Source: Eledone cirrhosa | Taxonomy: Eukaryota | Direction of reading: 5' to 3' | DNA length: 64,000 nt | Assembly: GCA_964016885.1 (NCBI GenBank) | Contig: OZ024743.1 | Span: 199,702,001-199,766,000 of the forward strand | Part shown: piece after piece, positions 57,597-64,000 of the stretch | Layout of the letters: each line of letters begins with the position of its first letter | How positions within the stretch are numbered: position 1 is the stretch's first letter | The notes under the pieces: generated by a model | What the model was told of the DNA's origin: nothing | Seen by the model: the letters and a program-made list of their open reading frames with translations, nothing else | Databases searched by the model: none | Translations under genes and position numbers: made by a program

Positions 57597-58320
57597 GTAT
57601 ATATATAAAGACGAAGTCTTCTGTATGTGTGTGTGTGGACAATTTTTAATGAAGTCTCATATATTCTAAACCATTCATGCGATTTCTTTGAAATGTTTTA
57701 CAAAGCTTCTCCATGAACAAAACCTGTACATGATTTACAAAGGCTTTCAAAAATCGATATTGGGGCGTTTGGAGACATTAAAAAGTTTCGGTTATTTGTG
57801 TGAATTTTCGTGATTAAGTAATACAAGAGTTATCTTTCGTAATTCGTCTCATTTGGATTTTAATTTACTCTTTGTACTTGAAACAAAAGGTACGCTTCCT
57901 TGAGACTAACAATATCATTTCACAACCAGCAATTTCTAACAGATTACTAAGTTAAGTTATAGATTTGACATTGTATAATTTATCGTTTCAAGCTTGATGT
58001 TCATACATTAAGTGATGTCATAACTTTTACAATATTATGCTTTGTACATAATAGTGTCTATTATTCACTTCACTTCTCTATTTCATGATGCGCTTTTACT
58101 GTTGTCAAAAAAATATATACCTAGACTGGATTTCTGTTGTTACAAGGTATAACGGATGACACCGAGCTCACATATTAATTATTTCGCTGGAATAGTGCTT
58201 AAGGTTTTCATGTTTACATAAAGTACGTTTTTCTTCTATGTATTCAAATTTACTTTGTTTAGTTTAATGAGCTACATCGAAAGCTACTTGAACCGTCCAA
58301 AGGACGGGTAGTTTAGCTAG
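57594..58320 (+). mobile_element. Non-autonomous Helitron
   Basis: 5' TC(TGTATATATATAAA); 3' hairpin CCGTCC AAA GGACGG about 13 nt before terminal CTAG; inserted between A and T. Confidence 0.75.
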
Positions 58321-58358
<38 letters not shown>

Positions 58359-58515
58359 AGGGGGACCACCCATGTAAACTCACATAGCTGAAGAAGTGTC
58401 GATTAAGAGTAGGGATCAGATCGCCTGATCAAACCTGAGCTGATCGATATCGAAACAATGCAGTAAAGTTTCATAAAAAGCTGCAAATCTGACTTCTTAT
58501 TTTCACTCTTCCTCT

Positions 58516-58561
<46 letters not shown>

Positions 58562-60221
58562 CACACATATATATATATTTTATTTTTTTAAGGAACGATC
58601 GACTTTCGTCAAATCGGACCGAGGAAACAATGTTTCCGTTGGTCTTTCCAATTGCTAATACTATCTATCGGCCGCAACTCCAGGGAGAAGGAGCAACGTG
58701 AAATAAAGTGTCTTGCTCAAGGACATAACGCATCGCCTGGTCCAGGAATCGAACTCACAACCTTATGATTGCGAATCCAATTCTCTAAACACTCAGCCAC
58801 ACGCCTTCACAATATATATACATATATATATATATAATATATATATGTATATATATATACATATATATATATATAATATATAGGCTTAAAATCAAGAAGA
58901 ATACAAGAACGAGGGGGGGGGGGGTTCCTCATCAGTTGTCTACTGGGGATCTCGGATATTTTAGCTCTTTAAAGACAATATATCTACCTCCAGCGCGTTC
59001 AATAACTAGGTAAGTTATTGGGAAAACGGAGGAGAGAGGGAAGGAAAATAGAAAGGTAAAGGGAAGAAAGGAGAAAACCAGCGACAAAAAACAACAAACC
59101 GGAGAATGTGCAAGCAACTTCAAGAAAGAAAATCCAAGTTCACATGTAAATATAAAATAACTGAAACGTACTGATAAAGCTATGGGTAGACAAACCAAAA
59201 CTACAGTGTGGCCAAATGTACCCAAGTGCTTCTGTGTAAGATGCAACAAGATATCCACACAACGAAGCTAGACGCGTGCGACGTTCGCCGTGTGTTCATA
59301 TGAGTTCGTCAGAGAGAAAGCGAATCTTTAAATAATTAGTTTCAACTAAAAATATACCTCGACAATCTCATTGGAAACACATTACTTTCTGAATACGTAA
59401 CTGAAGATTTTCTCCCCGCCGTCACCTTGACAGAAATGCCTGTTTTACTTGATAACAAAGAGATAAATTTATATGAAATACAATAATAGCAGTTTCTTAC
59501 TTCGGCACAAGGCTTCAAATTTCTTTAGGACGGAAGCAACCCTGATTGTTACATTATTTTATTGATATTGTAAAGATAACATACAAAGTTTACCTCCACT
59601 GGATTTGAACTAAGAATGAAAATGCCGCAAAGAATTTTGATAAAATTCTGGGGAAGGAATCACCAACGACTAGTAGTTTATTTTATTGACCCTGGAAAGA
59701 CGAAAGACAAAGTTGACTTTCATCGGATTTGAACTTGAAATGTAAAGAATCGGACGAAATATCGCAAAGCATTTTTTTCAATGCTGTAATGAATCTGTCA
59801 GCCCATCAGATTTAAATTATTTCCAGTATAAGTCTAGAACTTTATTTTTCTCTGTTACAAGTTCCAATGTTGCTAAATATCTTTCGTACTTCATGGAAGA
59901 TGTCCACTTCGACCATTTTATTATAAGTAACCGTCTCGAGAGTAAATAGGGCCTTTCTTCTTTGGCAGCAACATACTGCTTATGAGGATCTGATTCTATA
60001 GAATTAATTCATTATTAAGCTTATATCTTCAAGAATGATTTTTTACAACTCTCAAATTTAAATATACCAATTTTAAATGTAAGCATTCTTCGGTTTAGTA
60101 TTGTCTAAGAAGTCAACGAAATGAAGTTGCTCGTTTTGATGTTTATCCCCAAGCCAAACCTGATAAAACAGACGTATGGCCAAGGGCATTCCAGAATAAG
60201 GATATCAGACACTACATTAAA

Positions 60222-60412
60222 TAATTGTTTCTACTTTTGGCACAAGGCCAGCAATTATCCCAGTGTATTACTGGTACTCTATTTTATCGACCCCGTAAGG
60301 ATGAAAGGCAAAGTTAACCTCGGCGGGATTTGAACTCAGTCCGTAAAGGGACGTAACTGTGATGCAAAGCATGGCACCCGACCCTCTACCGATACTGCCA
60401 ATTCACCGCCCT
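60222..60412 (-). mobile_element. Full SINE copy; others at 59490-59800 (old), 61700-61860 and 63466-63645
   Basis: SINE consensus reverse complement. Confidence 0.9.
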
Positions 60413-61175
60413 TAATGTGTCCTTAACTTTTGGGGGATGTTTAGATATGATTGAAAGATTTGGCCTGTATTTCTAAAATATTAAATAACCCTGCAGATGA
60501 TCATTTCGAAGCCTTGAGAAATGTGAAGGAATTTTAATTAAACCAAGTTAGAGTTTTATTGATTTTCATCTTGCTAAGCTATTTCTAGGTATTCGGGCAA
60601 TGCCCAGTGGGCCGCTGGGGTAAACAATAACAATCAATTGAAAAAATATCATGAAAAACATAACCGGTGCACAAAGATAGAAAGGAAAAAATTGGAACAT
60701 ATTTTAGCCGAGCAGTGAAAACTCACCTCTGGCCTTCACCAACCAACAGTCTGTTGGACAGTTTTACCCGGATGCCCAAGCAAGTTTTAAGTCCCTATCC
60801 TCTTGTCTGGAGAAGTTCTAACTTTCAACAGAAGACGTCAAAGCAATATTTTACTTCAAGATAAATTCCACCTCCTTCGTTCCCTTATTTGCTCTGTTAG
60901 AAACATCATGAAATATCAGTTTTATGTGTGTGTGTTTTTTTTTTGTATGTATATATGTGTGTGTATATATAAGTGCGTGTACGTTTGAGTGTGTGTTTGT
61001 GTGTGTATGTACTTTTGCGTATGCATGTGTCTCTGTGTGTGTGTTTCTGTATTTCTTAATAAGATATCGGAATGATGCAACTCGCAAAAGATATGCGCTT
61101 AGTATGCGTATAAGAAATAGAAAAAGTCAGAGATAGAAAGAGAAGTGGTGGAGAGGTGGAGAGAGACGCCGATAC

Positions 61176-61216
<41 letters not shown>

Positions 61217-62272
61217 ATATATATATATATAGTATGTATCTATTTGAGACCATATATGTTATTTTCTGTCCTCGTTTTATGGTAATTATTATGTTATGTT
61301 TGCCTATTGCTTTTTTATGTTAGAATTGTAATTTTTTATGTTAGCGTTATAATTTTCTTTTTGATGTTACATACACATAAAAAGAGCAACAACCTGTATA
61401 CATGGAACGCAATGAATCTCCATAGGTTTCGAGGACGACGAGACTGTTCTAGTTGTTCAATCAATGGAACAGCCTGCCCGTGAAATGTTCTTGTAAGTAA
61501 CTGAGAATTCCATAGATATGTATGGATGGTCCCGTAACTCCTGATAGAGTCGTATGGGCGCCGTATTAACATACGGCTTTTCTTGTGCATTTAAAACCTG
61601 GCGGAGCACATCCCTCTCCAGGTCTGAGTACAGCAGAGTTGTTCTAGAAAAAAAAAAATAAATGTGAGAAAGAGGAAATGAGAAGGAGATATAGAGTAAG
61701 AATCGACCCCAGTTCTAGGGTAGTACTTTTTTTATCGACCTCGAACGGATGAAAGGCAAAGTTGACCTCGGTGGGATTTGAACTCAGAGAGCAGAGAGCC
61801 GGAAGGAATACCATAAAGCATTCTATCCGACGTTCTAACGAATCAGACAATTTGCCGCCAGAGACATGTATATCCACACTCAGGGAGATTTAGCATAGCA
61901 CAGTGTGTGATAAGGCTAGCCCTTTCTTTGAATTACAGGTATAGAGCATCCAAACAGTTTCTTTGTACCAAACTTCACTCATGTGGCATGAGTCTATACG
62001 AGACTATGGTAAATAACATTTGCCAAAAATGTCACACCGGACCTAATTATTGCGAAGCGAACTTCTTTACCATTCAGCAATACTGCGTCTACTATATATA
62101 TAAAATACGTCAGTCTGTGTCTAATCACTACTGCTGCAGACATGTCAAGCATTAAAATTTACATATCACGTTGTATTAGATTAAAGCGAGAAATCAAATT
62201 GCATTGTTACAGTTTCAATATAATGCCCTATTATGTAATGTTCACTTAACGAAGCAATTCACTATCAAGTCA

Positions 62273-62340
<68 letters not shown>

Positions 62341-62377
62341 GTGTGTGTGTGCGCGTGTGTATTTATATGTATATATA

Positions 62378-62475
62378 CAGGGTGTCCCCCAAAAATGTAT
62401 ACATGCTTTGATTACATGTACAGGCAATATTTATTAGAATGCTGTTGAAGTGTGAATACTTCTCTTTAGGACACC

Positions 62476-62479
<4 letters not shown>
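62378..62479. mobile_element. Tc1/mariner-type MITE
   Basis: TA-CAGGGTGTCC ... GGACACCGTG-TA terminal inverted repeats. Confidence 0.65.
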
Positions 62480-62507
<28 letters not shown>

Positions 62508-64000
62508 GTGTGTGTGTACAGATATATATATATATATATATGTATATATTATAACATACGCACACCCCCCTCCGATATATATGTGTGTGTGTATTCGTCT
62601 GTGTGTGTCCGTGTTTGAGTTTATGTCCTGTAACTTAGAGGTTTGACAAATAATTAACGATAAAATCAGTTGTTACAGACTTTAAAAATAGGTATTGCGG
62701 TCGGTACGATCAATTACGCCGTGACACTGCCTCAGCATAACCGCAATCTAATGACTGAAACAAGTAATATTATAAAAGTATAAAAGAATACACACATTAG
62801 CTCAAGTTCATCCGGTTAGATGCAATTGGTATTAAAAACGGTGTTTGAAGTTATGTTGCTACATTATATCAATGGCGTTGAGCAGGTTTGAAAGCCATAA
62901 CAATGCAGTTTTAATAAAATGGTGTTTTATTATTTTTCTCCTTTTAAATTTTCGACCTCAAAGGGGGCTCTTAAAAAAATCACAATGCCGCTGGAAAAAG
63001 AAAAAAATATGAGAAAGGAAAATATAATGATGGACATACAAATATTATATTCATTATATATTTTACTCCTTCTTTATCTGTTCTACTTTAAATCTTTTAA
63101 GGACCCTCTGAGGCAGAATATTTAAAAGACGAAAATAATAAAAGAATGATTAATTAAAATTGCATTGTTTTGGCTTTCAAATCTGTTCGACTTAATTGAT
63201 ACAACAACTCAAAATAATGTCAAATACCACTTTACTATACAGACAAACAGGCAGACTGACATGCTTGGTGTGGATCTCCGTGGGTTTCAACGATGAGCAA
63301 TACATTTGTTCGATTAATGCAGAGCATCTCAAACCTTGTGGTCATGTAATACTCTCAGCGCCCGAACCCTATTTCCAGAGAGACCTGCTTATACGCAAAT
63401 TGTAAATAATATATAATAAATAAAATCGTTGATTTATATATAATAAATGATATAATATATACCATAATTGTTTCTACTTTTGGCACAAGGCGAGCAATTA
63501 TACCAGTGCATTACTGGTACTTTATTTTATCGACCCCGTAAGGATGTAAGGCAAAGTTAACATCGGCGGGATTTGAACTCAGAATGGCAAGGGTCGTAAC
63601 TCTATGAGTCAAAGCATGGCATCCAACCCTCTACCGATACTGCCAATAATATATATTTTTATTATACTATATTTATATACAATATATATCATTTGATATT
63701 CGATATACTATTATATCATCTCTACCACCCCCACCGTTCTTAGACCCCAGCGCCCCTCTAGATCTTCTCAACGCCCTACAGGGTGCAGTAGTGCCCACTT
63801 TGAGAACCTCTGGATTAATGCAACAGCGGGCTCATAAAATTAACTGGTAAGTGGTTGAGTATTCCAAAGACACATGTACGTGTAATTTAATGTAATTTAA
63901 TTCTCAGCAAGTTTCGGCCTGAGACAATCTGTGCTAAGGCTGCCTTTTGAATTACAGTTAACTTTATACGATTTATTTCTTAACAGTATTCATCTACCTT

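Noticed and set aside
58900-58942. CTGATGA on the minus strand (also about 25250 and 59310)
   Set aside because: No properly placed GAAA or stems, so not callable as hammerheads

Overview
Repeat-saturated, AT-rich eukaryotic (animal) non-coding DNA. The microsatellite load and the SINE/LINE repertoire resemble an octopod cephalopod, but that is an inference. I see no convincing host protein-coding gene; almost all listed ORFs are microsatellite read-throughs. Contents: (i) two head-to-tail Tx1/L1-clade LINEs (39630-51615) with near-identical ORF2 but very different 5'UTR/ORF1; (ii) two 5'-truncated Penelope-like elements (PLEs; GIY-YIG C-terminus, Naiad-like) with inverted pseudo-LTRs; (iii) about ten ORF-less fold-back elements inserted in (TA)n, built as [arm reversed][arm][unique tail], most carrying a minimal type I hammerhead ribozyme (HHR) motif that reads outward in each arm; (iv) over 20 copies of a tRNA-derived SINE, other SINEs, RTE and R4/Dong fragments, hAT and Tc1/mariner MITEs, a small Helitron, minisatellites and a 200-N gap. 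The most interesting signal is the (TA)n-targeted palindromic hammerhead elements and their direct link to the GIY-YIG PLEs. Second is a possible splice-mediated ORF1-ORF2 fusion in the Tx1 LINEs. All coordinates were read by eye and may be off by a few bases.
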